A stretch of DNA of 64,000 bases from Octopus vulgaris. Its lineage: Eukaryota. Shown in pieces: positions 26,861 through 39,530 of the stretch. Numbering within the stretch: the first letter of the stretch is position 1; the number at the start of each line of letters is the position of its first letter. The notes beneath the pieces are model-generated. The model made no database searches. It had not been told where the DNA came from and saw only the letters and a list, made by a program, of their open reading frames with translations. The stretch spans positions 16,306,001 through 16,370,000 of the forward strand of contig OX597823.1 of the NCBI GenBank assembly GCA_951406725.2. The letters are read 5' to 3'. The translations under genes were made by a program, and so were the position numbers.

Positions 26861-28746
26861 ATATATATATATATAGTTCAGCAAAAATTTAGATTCGAAT
26901 GAATATGGTACTTAATTTAGATGCACCAGAATTTAGTATGGTGTTATCCATAAAAATTTGTGGGGTGATTATAATCAAAATAAGCAACAAGAATGACTCC
27001 GGTAATTTGGTACAATTGTTTCGCACTACATCATTTTATTAAATATTGTAAGTATTACAACAGATTTATGATGCTGAGTGCTCATCAGCCAATTATAGAG
27101 GTTTTCCATTAATACAAAAGTTTTCAAATCAAGTGGCAACATTATAGAGAAGGTAGATATACAGACAAAGATGTAGATTTTGATTATATACATATATATA
27201 TATATATATATACTAAACACATGCAAATATATATGCATATGCAAACACATACACATACATTTAATGTTCAAGTCTGGCTGTGTGGTTAAACAGTTTGCTT
27301 CCCAACCACATGGATTCAGGTTCAGTTCAGTTCAATTGCACAGCACCTAGGGTAAGCTTCTTCTGCTACAGTCCTGGGCTGGCCAAAATTTTGTCAATGG
27401 ATTGGCTAGACAGAAATTCACACACATGCACACACACGGGTGTATGTATATCATACATGTGCAGCTGACTGGACATCATGTTACCAGTGGTGTGCTATGT
27501 CTGTGGCCAAAATGGTTAAAACCTGGCTTACTCAGTCCACCTGGCTGTAAATAGGGACCACAGCATCACATAAGAACTTCTAAAACAGTATATCTAGCAA
27601 ATATCCAAGGCCTGGTGGTGGTATTAAACAGAGGGACAAATTAAGTCTATCTTCCAAGAGGGGAATAATCCCTCTAGTAGGCTTCTACTGCCCTGAGTCA
27701 ACAAATGTATATCAACACACATACACACACACATATACACTCACACATAAATTACTGCTGATCCATTTTCATTCATAAGGCTTGGAATGGCCTGAGACTA
27801 ATGTAGAACACATTTGCTCAAGGTACCATGTTGTAGAATTGAACCCAAAACACGTGATTATGAAGCAAACTCACTAACTACAGTAGCTATGTATTTTTCC
27901 CAAAGCTAATAACTATGGTACTTTTACCTTTCAGCCACTTATAAAGAACAAATATCCATAGCAACAGTAAAGTAAAAATTGATAGGAATACACTTAAAAT
28001 GGTTATATCTCAGAAATAGAAAATATTTTAATAAAACACCAACAAAAAGAAAAAACGGTTGGTAGAAACTTGTAGTATACAAAGTGGAATAATCACCAGA
28101 CAATTAAGCATCATTAATGAATAAATTGGCAAGTAGATCAAAGTTAAATGTCTAATTAACATTATACAAGTGCTATAATTAACATAACCTGCTTTATTTA
28201 GTATTTTTATTTTTTCAAAGACAGCGGAAGACAGAATCATTAGGAATTGAACCAAATAGAAAGTGATAGAGAGAGAAAAAGAAACAAGTGTTACTACCAA
28301 CATTGCATCATTGAAGTTTTGTGCCAGCATTCATCATTTGGAAATAACCTGATTTTACCATTCTGTTCAATACAGATTCCCACCCACTACAGCAACATTA
28401 CTGATATGTCCAGCTGTTGTTGTGGCTGTAATTGATGGTCATCTTCATCTTAAAAAGAATATTCAGCCTGAAGACACCAGAAGTCTTAAAATTAACCTGT
28501 AGAACTTCACCAATTAAACAACACCATCAATTCCACAACCACATGACCTGCTAGAAATAGCAACTAACATTGATTAATGCTTTGACGTTTTAGTCCTATG
28601 ACACACATTTCAAATACAGTAGCATTTCCTTAAGTCATGCTTATACATAAGGAACTAGAAATGTTTGAGTGCTGCTGATAATGTTGTCATTATTGTTGCT
28701 GGTAATGATTCTCTTGTAAATATTTAGCAGTTATACATTAGACCTC

Positions 28747-28963
28747 TAAGAGGGTGCTGAAAACTTCCTGGCTTTGAGTAAAAGAAAATAAAGGAGTATC
28801 AGTTAATTATGATTTTATTAAACATATTCCTCTCTCAGATTCATACACTTACTGCAACAGTCCTTCAGTTTTTCTAAGCCCTGTTAAAGAACTCAGAAGG
28901 TTGGGCCTCCAGCCAGGCCTTTCACGATACTCTTAAAACCAGGAACTTTTCAGTACCCCCTTA
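28747..28963. mobile_element. Mariner-type MITE
   Basis: TIRs taagagggtgctgaaaacttcctgg and ccaggaacttttcagtaccccctta with TA ends. Confidence 0.72.
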
Positions 28964-29747
28964 TATGGTCTAAGATATTCCAACCTTGACCATCCAATTC
29001 AAGACTATATTATACTTTGTATCCTTCTTATTTTGAAATAATCAAATGTGATTTGAGGGGAGACTTGGCTGGTTGAGTGACTTTATAGCATCTCACTTAT
29101 TCATTGTGTTGTGTTTCTCTCTTCTGATGATGTAGAATTCTGATCAGGCATTCCAGTTATGACCATTTCATCTTTTCAAAGGATGAAAAAATACAGTGTC
29201 TAATGAAGCCTTTCCTTTAGCTATTGTTGTTGTTGTTGGTGGTGATGGTGTGGCAATGATGTTGTTTTGTAACAGTTTAACCTTGATTCATCAAAGGTAT
29301 TCCAGCTGTGACTCCTCAATCTTTTTGTATACCTAAGACTACATTATCAAATGTGCCCTTTCTTTATTTAAAGAAGATATGATGTAACTTGTGGGAATTT
29401 GGCTGCTATTTTTAACATTGAGCAACTATATACGGGTTCTTTGTTGGCTTGTTGTTGTGGTGGTGGTGAAGGTGGTGGTGGGGTGGGGGGGTGTCATTGT
29501 CGTTGTTGCTGCAGGTGGTAATACTGACAATGTTATTACTGTGGCTTTTGTTGTTAATGATGCAGGTGATGATGATGATGATGGTGATGATAATGACGAC
29601 AATGATGATGACAACAATGATGATGATGACGGTGGTGGTGGTGATGATGATGATGATGACGATGGCAACATCAGTGACAGTGGAGCTAGGATGGCTGAAT
29701 ACTCATCATAATATAAGTTATAATTACAACAAAGAGAACAGACTTAC

Positions 29748-29833
29748 CCAGCATGGGGCATCATTTTCAAAGCAAGACTTCGGCTGATGCAGAATCCAGC
29801 ACCACCAGTTGCAAACCAAAATTCAATTTTCTT
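29748..29833 (-). CDS. fng: fringe exon ([29 protein letters not shown])
   Basis: ttttgcAG acceptor (CAG-AAG tandem) and GTAAG donor at 29747. 86 nt. [19 protein letters not shown] is a conserved fringe motif. Confidence 0.97.
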
Positions 29834-30670
29834 CTGCAAAAGAAAAATAAGAGAAAGGAATGAAGATGACAAACAAAAGAAGGAAGTTGTGCAGACATTA
29901 GACATCTCATTAGAGACAGAGTTCAGTAATAGTTGCAGCGAGAGATGAAGGAAAAAAGATGAGTTATGGGACATTTGCATAAAATGTACATCACCATCAT
30001 CGTCATCATCATCATCATCGTCATTTAATGTCCATGTTCCATGCTGGCATGGGTTGGACAATTTGATAGGATTTTATGGGTCCAAGAACTGCAGTGTATT
30101 TGAGTGTCTGCTTTAGCATGGTTTCCACAGCTGGATGCCCTTCCTAATGTCAACCACTTTACAGCATGTACCGGGTGCTTTAGTCATGTCACAAGCACTA
30201 GTGAGGTCGTCATACAACTTGCAAGATTTACAAAACTATGACAGGGAGGCTTTATGCAAAGAGATGAGTGTGTAACAGAAGGGACCAAAGCAGAACAAGT
30301 TTCTTGCTGTAAAGAAAACTACAAGACCGCTCATGTTTCAGAAGATGGGAATGATTAAGTAGAAAAGATAAAAAATAGTGGTGATGGACCCTCAAGGTAC
30401 AATATGTGTGGGGACAGAGGAACTAAGAGTGTGTGAGGGGGTGGAGGTTGAAAGAATGTATACACATACACACATCAGCTTATCCCATAAGTAATGTCCA
30501 AAATCTGACATCTGTAAGTTGGATTGGTATGTTTGTCAATTTAAAATACTTAAATGGCAAGGATACATATTACCACGACCTTGTGTGTTTGTCAAGTAGT
30601 GTATGTCATGACAGTATGTGTTAGTTCAGTTACTGCTTTGACCCTCCTAAAGACAGACCTGTCCACAAAG

Positions 30671-31211
30671 CATTTAAGGCAGATAATACTTTATGAGTTG
30701 ATGAAAGACAATAATGCAACAGAAGCAATCTGAAATGTTCATAGTGTTTATGGGAAGGATTATTTAACTCAAAAAATTACTTGAAGATAGTTTAAAAGGT
30801 CTAGGGTGGTTTCGGTTTAAAAGTTACTCCACAAACAGGTTATCCTTTCGTTAACCCTTTCATTACCAACCTGGCTCTGAGTACAAATGTCTTGTTTTCA
30901 AAAGTTTTGAATTAAAATCTTCCATGAAACCTTAGTCACAATTTATGTTCCTAATACTAGCTGAATGATAACCAAGTCATTTTACGAAATTCTTTGTTAT
31001 ATTTATAGTAATTGAAAGAAGCACAAAGCATCTCAAAATAAATACAATAACAAAAGGGTTAATGACAACCTGCTTTTGTCAGAACTTGGGTGAAATAGTA
31101 ATATTTGTAACTGAAGAATTAGCTTACAAGCTGAATTCGAGTCCTTCAACAATTTGCAGGCATCTGTAATGGTTTAGAAATGTGCCTAAACATGGTAAAT
31201 GGATTCTTCAT
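30671..31211 (+). pseudogene. Decayed mariner transposase N-terminus interrupted by a MITE
   Basis: HLRQIILYELMKDNNATEAI*NVHSVYGKD... from 30671 and TEELAYKLNSSPSTICRHL*WFRNVPKHGKWILH at 31110-31211 match the mariner HTH region and WVPHEL context. Confidence 0.75.
30855..31058. mobile_element. piggyBac-type MITE (TTAA target, CCCTTT...AAAGGG ends)
   Basis: TTAA at 30851-30854 and 31059-31062. An inverted homologue lies at 58636-58848. Confidence 0.8.
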
Positions 31212-32379
31212 AGCAGTGAAGGCAATCCACCTTGAAAACCAGTTTTGGCATCCATAGCAGTAGGTCACTTGTCAGCAGTTGTTTAACTCACCAGCAATAT
31301 CCTACAAAGAGCAGATATGCCTTTCCCTTATAATGGTGGAAACAAGCAGATTTCCACACAGTTGGTTTTTGGTGGGATGAGTTCTCTAAGATATAAAACC
31401 CAAGTTGGTTTCTTTTTTTTTTTTGTCACAATATTTTGGTAAAAAGTGCATCGTATACACTACAAAATATGGCAATATTACTTTAATAATTACAGCAAAA
31501 ATTAGAGAACTTCAAGTAACATCAGTTTTATCAGACCTCCTCAGTGAAAAAAATGTTTTACCAGATTTGATGAAGTATTTATGATAAGATATGATAGGAT
31601 CACTAAGTAGGTGCACTTAAGACTTAAGTAAAACAGAATAATTAACATATTTAAGGAAATATGCCAATGACATGAATATCTCAAGGGCATCATCTGCATG
31701 AAAGACAATAGTTAAGTTAGTGCTATATACTTAATTTGTTAAATACGTAATCAGAAATATTTGTACAATGGAGAAGCATCTCTAATTTAGATGCAGTGAT
31801 ATCTGTTTAGTTCACAGGTTTTCTTCCGAAACAAGTGGTTTCTGGTTACATCCCACTGTATGGTACAATGGTGGGGTGTCTTTTGATATATCAGTGAGCC
31901 AACCAAGGCCTTGCTATTAGATTTAGTGGATGGAAGTTGAAAGAAGCCTGTTGTGTGTGTGTATGTGTGAATATGTATGTTTATGTGTGCACAGTTATTG
32001 TTCTAGTGGTTAGCAGAATCATTTGAGCCTTGGGAAAAAATGCCAAGCCCTTACTTTCTAACTTCAAATTCCACTAAGGCCAACTTCGATTTTTAACCCT
32101 TTAAGGATTCATAAAATAAAGCACCAGTCAAATACTAGGGGTGATGGTACTGACGTAACCCACTCCTTGCAAAATGGTGCTTAAAACAGAAATTACTACT
32201 ACTACAACTACTACTACTACTACTACTACTACTATTCAAATCCCACAAGAGTCAATAAATATATTAACAGTCAAATATCAAAGTAGATATAATTAGCTAT
32301 ACCCTTGTGATATTATGCAAGAAATAAATAAATTTTTCTTATATAACCTATGACTTAGCAAAATGTTCCCTAACACATC

Positions 32380-32411
<32 letters not shown>

Positions 32412-32811
32412 TTATATATGATAATTATATATACCTAAACGTATTGTGAATAACAACTATTCAAGTATACAGTGAATGTCACTTTTTTTTTTTTTTTACT
32501 TTTCTAACCTTAACCATAGTGAAAAGAAATCAAATGCCCTAGATATGACATTCCCATGAGCTGAGTCACAAAAATTACTGAGGACTTTGACAGAGATTAA
32601 GAACAGCCAGATGATTGAAGAGATTGTGACTTTGACTAGCAATGATCATTTTTATTTATGCACTCCTTGCATATGTAATGGGAGAAGCTACAGCTGGTTA
32701 AATGAGCCTCAGTATATGTTACGTTCTCAGTTCATTGATTTCAACAACAACTGAAGAGAAAAGTTGAACTGGGCAGAAATTAAACCCATAGCACAAAGGG
32801 ACATTTCCAAA

Positions 32812-32916
32812 CATTTTTACATTACTGCATGTACTTTATATGCACTTTCTGACAAGTTGTGGTGCACCTGAGCACTGTATACAATAATTTCATTATTATT
32901 ATATTATTATTATTAT
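32812..32916 (+). mobile_element. CR1-type LINE extreme 3' end with (TTA)n tail
   Basis: Reverse complement of about 690-780. Contains the GTGC-acctga-GCAC terminal stem-loop. Confidence 0.8.
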
Positions 32917-32992
32917 AACTAAGTGTATTTAATGGGTACTGTATTTAATGGTTAAGTGTATTTAATGGATAGAGAGTATTAAATAATTAAAT

Positions 32993-33036
<44 letters not shown>

Positions 33037-33038
<2 letters not shown>

Positions 33039-33374
33039 TGCTGAGACCCCCTTTGGTCATGACTGACCATGGGATTGCAGCTAGAAAGTTACCCTCCCAG
33101 GCACAAGTCCGGACAAGGTTGTTTATGGAAGACCAGCAGTCGCCCATGCATACTAGCCTCCCCTCTCCATGCCACCAATGTTATCCAAGGGAAAGGCAAA
33201 GGCTGTGATACAACTTGGCACCTGTGACATTGCAACTCATTTCTACAGGTGAGTGAACTGGAGCAACATGAAATAATGTCTTGCTCAAGAACACAACATG
33301 CAGCCCGGTCCGGGAATTGAATTCACAAACTCACGATTGTAAGCTCGACGCTCTAACTACTGAGCCATGCGCCT

Positions 33375-33378
<4 letters not shown>
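33037..33378 (-). mobile_element. tRNA-derived SINE family E inserted in (TA)n
   Basis: Head gtgaaggcgcaTGGCTCAGTAG...GAATTCAATTCC and body gtgttcttgagcaagaca...ccagttcactca.ctgtagaaatgag. Flanked by TA repeats on both sides. Confidence 0.75.
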
Positions 33379-33413
<35 letters not shown>

Positions 33414-34487
33414 GGTGAGAGCAAATAGATTGACTGACAGACAGTAATAGTTCAGCACTAGCATATCTAGTGTATAGTTAATTAGAGATAAGTATATAGT
33501 GATAGACAGCTAAGCTAGTGTTAACATATTTAATACAAGGAACATTAAAAATATAAGTATATATATATATATATATATCATCATCATCATCGTTTAACGT
33601 CCGTGATGATGATGATATATATATATATATACTTATATTTTTAATATTCCTTGTATTAAATATGTTAACACTAGCTTAGCTGTCTATCACTATATACTTA
33701 TATATATATATATATATACATATACACACACACACATATATATATATATATACATATGGTGAAGGAAAATAGACATATTGACATATAAAGTGATAGTTAA
33801 GTTATTGTTAACATATCTACTGTGTGGAACATTAAACATTTAACTAAAATATATGCTGAGGAAAGATAGACAGATAGTTAAGTGAAGATTACTATAAATG
33901 TTGCATGGAACATTAAAAAAAAAGACTAGAATTAAATAAAGAAGAAGCTACATTAATCAATGTATAATATTATTTTATCTATATCATTTATATCAACAAG
34001 TATGGGAGACAACTTGACATGTTTTAGCCTTACTAGACCTCATCAGTGAAACATAGGCTTCAGCATACATGCTGAAGTGGTGATGAGAGAATCAGTTAAT
34101 AGATGTGCTACTAAGTACACAGGTAAGCTGAAAAATTAGCATATTTTAAGAATAAATGTGAGCTTAATTTCTTTGGGATGCGATCTACATATAACAATAC
34201 TTAAGTTCGTTTCAATATTTAATGGAATAAACATTAAAATAATTAATGTCTAGGATAAAATATTATTCAGAGTCAAATATTGTGGTAATTATTTCAGTAT
34301 GTATAAGAAACAAATTTAGACATGTTTTGGTTTTATTACGCCCTCATCAGCTCAGTGCAGATTTTACCATTCATACTGAAGCACAAATTTTTCTTTCCTT
34401 CATAGTTTTAGCTTTGCCCTATGTATAAATTGCACCCCAGATTTATCAGTTAAAATCAAGTATAATACAGTGCAATTTATGCACAAG

Positions 34488-34646
34488 TAGGCGTAGGAGT
34501 GGCTGTGTGGTAAGTAGCTTGATAATGAACCACATGGTTCCGGGTTCAGTCCCACTGCGTGGCACCTTGAGCAAGTGTCTTCTTCTATCACCTCGGACCG
34601 ACCAAAGCCTTGTGAGTGGATTTGGTAGACGGAAACTGAAAGAAGC

Positions 34647-34682
<36 letters not shown>

Positions 34683-35139
34683 CTTGATCACCTTGACCGA
34701 CCAGTCCGTCAGGCATCCATTTGACACCGCTGGTCACAGCACGCTATCCACTCCTCTCTGGATCGCGCCTTTCTCATCCACGTGATCCCAATCAACCTCC
34801 TGAAATCGTAACTCCACCGTCGTGGAGGTCTTCCGGGTGGTCGTTTCCGCTCGTGCGGGTACCACTCGATAACTGCGCGGGTCCACCAATTATATATGTA
34901 TGTGTGTGTGTATATGTTTGTGTGTCTGTCTTTGTTCCCCCAACATCCCTTGACAACCGATGCTGGTGTGTTTATGTCCCCGTGACTTAGCGGTTCGGCA
35001 AAAGAGACCGATAGAATAAGTCCTAGGCTTACAAAGAATAAGTCCTGGGGTCGAATTGCTCGACTAAAGGCGGTGCTCCAGCATGGCCACAGTCAAATGA
35101 CTGAAACAAGTAAAAGAGTAAGAGTGAAAGAGAGTAAGT
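34488..35139 (+). mobile_element. SINE family A carrying an RTE LINE insertion in its TA microsatellite
   Basis: Head at 34488, RTE insert at 34678-34891, tail ends about 55 nt from the fringe donor at 35192. Confidence 0.87.
34678..34891 (-). mobile_element. RTE-clade LINE 3' end
   Basis: Translates NWWTRAVIEWYPHERKRPPGRPPRRWSYDFRRLIGITWMRKARSREEWIACCDQRCQMDA* (stop 34711-34709), the RTE C-terminal W-P---R--GRP--RW motif. Tail is (CAAGGTGAT)n. Confidence 0.88.
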
Positions 35140-35192
35140 AAACACGATACTTTTAAACATATGTATAAATGAAAGGAAACTAGTGAACTTAC

Positions 35193-35340
35193 TCCTGGTT
35201 GGTTTATGTCCATAATTTGCAACGGATGCTTAAGGCTAAGCTTTCCAAGATACCAGTCTTGAGTATGGTTATATTTTTGAAGGAGAGTAACCAGCTTTGG
35301 TACATTCACATATGTATCATCATCAACATGACAAAACCAC
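35193..35340 (-). CDS. fng: fringe exon with catalytic DxD motif ([49 protein letters not shown])
   Basis: tctAG acceptor at 35342-35341 and GTAAG donor at 35192. 148 nt. [11 protein letters not shown] is the hallmark GT31 fringe motif. Confidence 0.97.
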
Positions 35341-35677
35341 CTAGACAGGAATAAATAGAAACAAACAATTGAATATAATAAATAAAGCAAGAAAGAACAT
35401 ATTTTGGCGAGATTACTGTTAAGAATCTCAAATGGAATAATTACATATTTCCTTAACTAAGGGCAGTTTGTTAATAATCGAGAAGACATTCAGTCGTCAA
35501 ATTTCTAATTATATACAGCACACACACACGAACACATACATATATATATATATATACATTAAATATATATATATATACATTAAATATATATATATACAGA
35601 CACATACATGTATACTATACATACATTTATGCACATGTTCTAATAATTCAGAATACTGAGTCTGTTTCCATAAAGCA

Positions 35678-35725
<48 letters not shown>

Positions 35726-35813
35726 CATTTAACGTCCGTTTTCCATGCTAGCATGGGTTGGACCTACTAGCATGGGTTGGACAATAATAATAATAATAAT
35801 AATTATAATAATA

Positions 35814-35860
<47 letters not shown>

Positions 35861-35869
35861 AATAATAAT

Positions 35870-36085
35870 CCTTTTTACTATAGGCACAAGGCCTGAAATT
35901 TTGGAGGCTGGGACTAGTCGATTATATCGACCCTAGTATTTCACTGGTACTTAATTTATCGAACCCGAAAGGATGAAAGGCAAAAGTCATCACCGGCGGA
36001 ATTTGAACTCAGAACATATTAACATACGAAATACCGCTAAGCATTTCACCCAGCATGCTAACGATTCTGACAGCTCGCCACCTTA
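35870..36085 (-). mobile_element. SINE family B, young copy
   Basis: Highly similar to 5330-5535. Confidence 0.78.
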
Positions 36086-36110
36086 ATAATAATAGTAATA
36101 ATAATAAAAT

Positions 36111-36655
36111 ATCCTGATGCAATACCAGGCACTGGCTCTCATGGCTTCTGATCTTAACTGATTGGAAGTGTTATCATGTACATTGTTTTGTTTTGGTGTA
36201 AAAATGGGCTACAGCAAATATTCTGCTCAATACCACAGATTTGCTTGTCAGTTGTTTGACCTTAACCAGTCGAGCATGTCCCTTAGTGGGTGACAATATG
36301 TGCATCACTGATCATGAGTAGAAATAGTTGGGGAGCATCACAGCCATGTGTTGAGAGGGATTCTTTGGAGTTTCAATAATTCACCTCGGGTAACTTGGGT
36401 GCTTTGTTCAACATCCTTAAGCAACCCTTATTTGGGGATCTTTTGAGCGGGATGGGCTACTCAACCTGAAGAAAATTCTAACTGGGCCTCACCCACAAGG
36501 TCATGCGTGGTTTATCTAGATATGAGATCACCATGTCGTGCACATATGGTTGTAATGCATGTACCCTAATCAGACAGGTAATCATGACGGGTATATCAGG
36601 GTTTGTATATTTATACCCCAGTGTCACTTTGATGGCATGTGCTACTCTCTCATTC
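36111..36655 (+). repeat. Unclassified interspersed element between (AAT)n tracts
   Basis: About 540-nt higher-GC block bounded by AAT/AAC repeats. Only one copy in the window and no ORF. Confidence 0.35.
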
Positions 36656-36670
36656 AACAACAACAACAAC

Positions 36671-36726
<56 letters not shown>

Positions 36727-37404
36727 TGATGATGATGATGATGATTATAATGATAATGTTGAGGGTGGGGGAATATATCTAGTTGAAATTCTACCAATAT
36801 ATTACTGGTACTTGGATTAACAACTCTTGATGAAAGACAGTGTAGGTTGATCACACTGCAATGTGAACTCAGAACTGTAAAGGGCTGTAAAAATACATTA
36901 ACAGAGCATTGCAGAGCCAAACCCATCCGCATTACCCTACCCACCCAACAAGCAATGAACCAATGAGGAAGTCCCTTTGAAGTTGCAGCGCCTACTAAGA
37001 ATAACGACCAGATCTTTCTCAAATCACAGTTTACCATAGAAAAAATACATTAAATAATGTAATCCAAGATATTCTGACTATCCCATCAAATGATTTTAGG
37101 TAGAGTGTATCTTAGACTATACTATTCAATATGTTCTTCCTTTTTCTTTTCGTTTCTAAAGATGGTAGGGCATCATTTTAGGAAGAATTTGATTTTATTT
37201 CTAAAAGACCAAGCAATCATCACCCTGTATAGCTATATATTATGACTGATTTTTGAGACACTACTACTACTAAAACTACTTCTGCTACTACTAATACTAC
37301 CTGTACTGCAAGTGCTTGGTTTGTTTTTTAAGATCACAAATTTAACAGGAATGTGAGTGTATATGTGTACGAGACAGAAAAATATTATGTATCTGCATAT
37401 CTAT

Positions 37405-37544
37405 GAGAGAGTGGGAGGTAAAGAGAGAGAGAGAGAGAGGAATGGAGCAAGAGGGAGGGAAAGAGAAAATAGAGAGTTAGTAATAGGATGTAAAAGTGAG
37501 AGAAGGTGTGTCTGAAAGAGAGAGAGAGAGAGACAGAGAGAGAC

Positions 37545-37575
<31 letters not shown>

Positions 37576-37797
37576 CAGAGAGACAGAGAGACAGAGACAG
37601 AGAGAGAGAGAGTGTGTGTATATGATAGCAAAAAGAGAGCATATATAAAAGAGAGACAGAAAGCATGAAGGAGAGGAGTTGAGTCAGTGAGAGAGAGAGA
37701 GAGTGAGTGAGTGTCGGTATGTGTGTGAATATACAAGGAAGAAAGAGAGAGAGACTGTGTGGGAGGGAATGAGAAAGAGAGAGAGAGGGAGAGAGAA

Positions 37798-37828
<31 letters not shown>

Positions 37829-37850
37829 CAGTATGTCTGAAAGTGAGAAA
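37405..37850. repeat. (GA)n/(GACAGA)n purine-rich tract
   Basis: Direct reading. Confidence 0.9.
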
Positions 37851-38116
37851 GTAAAGAAACGACTATTATAATCCATTCAGTCTATTGATCCATTCATAGC
37901 ATTGTTATATATAACATTTTCCCACTCAGCATTATGCATTCTTATAATCTTCCCTTTATCAAATGATTGTCGCATTTACTGATCTGACAAGTGCTGCCAA
38001 ACAAACACAGACTTCTGCTTGGAGTGTTTACAAGAATGTTGTTCTCTCTCCCTCTGTCTCTCTGTCCGTCTCTCTCTCTCTCTGTTTGTATGCATGTGTG
38101 TGTATGTATATGTCTG

Positions 38117-38153
<37 letters not shown>

Positions 38154-38155
<2 letters not shown>

Positions 38156-38381
38156 GGAGTAAACACATAAATGTGAAACAAGGTGGAAAAAAGAGTACTC
38201 AAATACCAGTGGTAGAGTAATATGCTTTATTCAAAGCAGCAGAAAATTCAACAAAACCTGTTACTCTGAGTTTCCCGTTGCCGTTCGTTGGACAGTTTTT
38301 GCTAGAAAAAACTGCCCGACAAACGGCAACGGGAAACTCAGAGTAACAGGTTTTGTTGAATTTTCTGCTGCTTTAAATAAA

Positions 38382-38387
<6 letters not shown>
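38154..38387. mobile_element. Non-autonomous Penelope-like inverted repeat (about 80-bp arms) with a hammerhead-like motif in each arm
   Basis: Arms at 38220-38300 and 38306-38387 with a 5-nt loop. Embedded in (TA)n. Same family as 41050-41190 and 41705-41943. Confidence 0.7.
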
Positions 38388-38420
<33 letters not shown>

Positions 38421-38920
38421 GATATATACACATATATGTATGTATCTACCTATCTATATGGGTGCTAGTGCCACATAGAAAGCACCCAGTACACTCTGAA
38501 GTGTTGGTGTTAGGAAGGGCATCCAGCCATAGAAACCAAGCCAAAACAGATTAAGGAACCTGGTGGTAGCCTCTGCCTCCAGTCATGCAGTCCAACCCAT
38601 GACAGCATGGAAAACGGACACTAAATGTTGATAACGATAATATGATATGTGAGTGTGCGTGTGTGTGTGTGTGTGTTTGTGTGTGCGTATATGCCATGTG
38701 AGTACAGCCTAAAGATTGCATGAAGGCACCAAACATGTTATAAAATGCTGTCTGTGTCGTTTTCATTGGATGAAATTATTAGTAGCTCATAAAAATATAT
38801 ATTACATTCATTAGACAATATTTATCTCTCACCTGACGGAGAACTTTTCTTTTTTCTTTTTGTTATCTTACCTTCACTGAATAGTACTTAATAATATATA
38901 TATATATGTGTGTGTGTATA

Positions 38921-39433
38921 TTCTTTTACTTGTTTCAGTCGTCTGACTGTGGCCATGCTGGAGCACCACTTTAAAGGGTTTTACTCAAAGAAATCAACTC
39001 CAGGACTTATTCTTTGCAAGCCTAATACTCATTCTATCAGTCTCTTTTGCCAAACCACTAAGTTATAGAGACATAAACATAGTCACACACAAACAAACAC
39101 AAATACACACACACATATGACGAAGAGCTCTGCTTGAAACGTTAAACCCTCCTTCTTTCCTGAGCGTCCAATAATACTATATTTGTTCCACGTTGTTGTG
39201 TTTTTTGGGGGGCTTTCTTGTTTGGATTAACTGTATATATATATATATATATACATACATACATACACGATGGGATTCTTTCTCTCAGTTTCCATCGACC
39301 AAATCCACTTACAAGGCTTTGGTTGGCCTGAGGTTATAATAGACAACACTTGCCCAAGGTGCCTAACAGAGGGAGTTAACCCAGAACCATGTGGCTGGAC
39401 AGCAGGCATCTTACCACACAGTCATGACTGCAT
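38921..39433 (-). mobile_element. Diverged SINE family A with a hammerhead-bearing insert (39118-39232)
   Basis: Tail at 38921 and head at about 39330-39433. Confidence 0.75.
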
Positions 39434-39434
39434 C

Positions 39435-39530
<96 letters not shown>

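Noticed and set aside
29391-29787. Acidic or poly-Met plus-strand ORFs
   Set aside because: These are (GAT/GGT)n trinucleotide repeats in a fringe intron.
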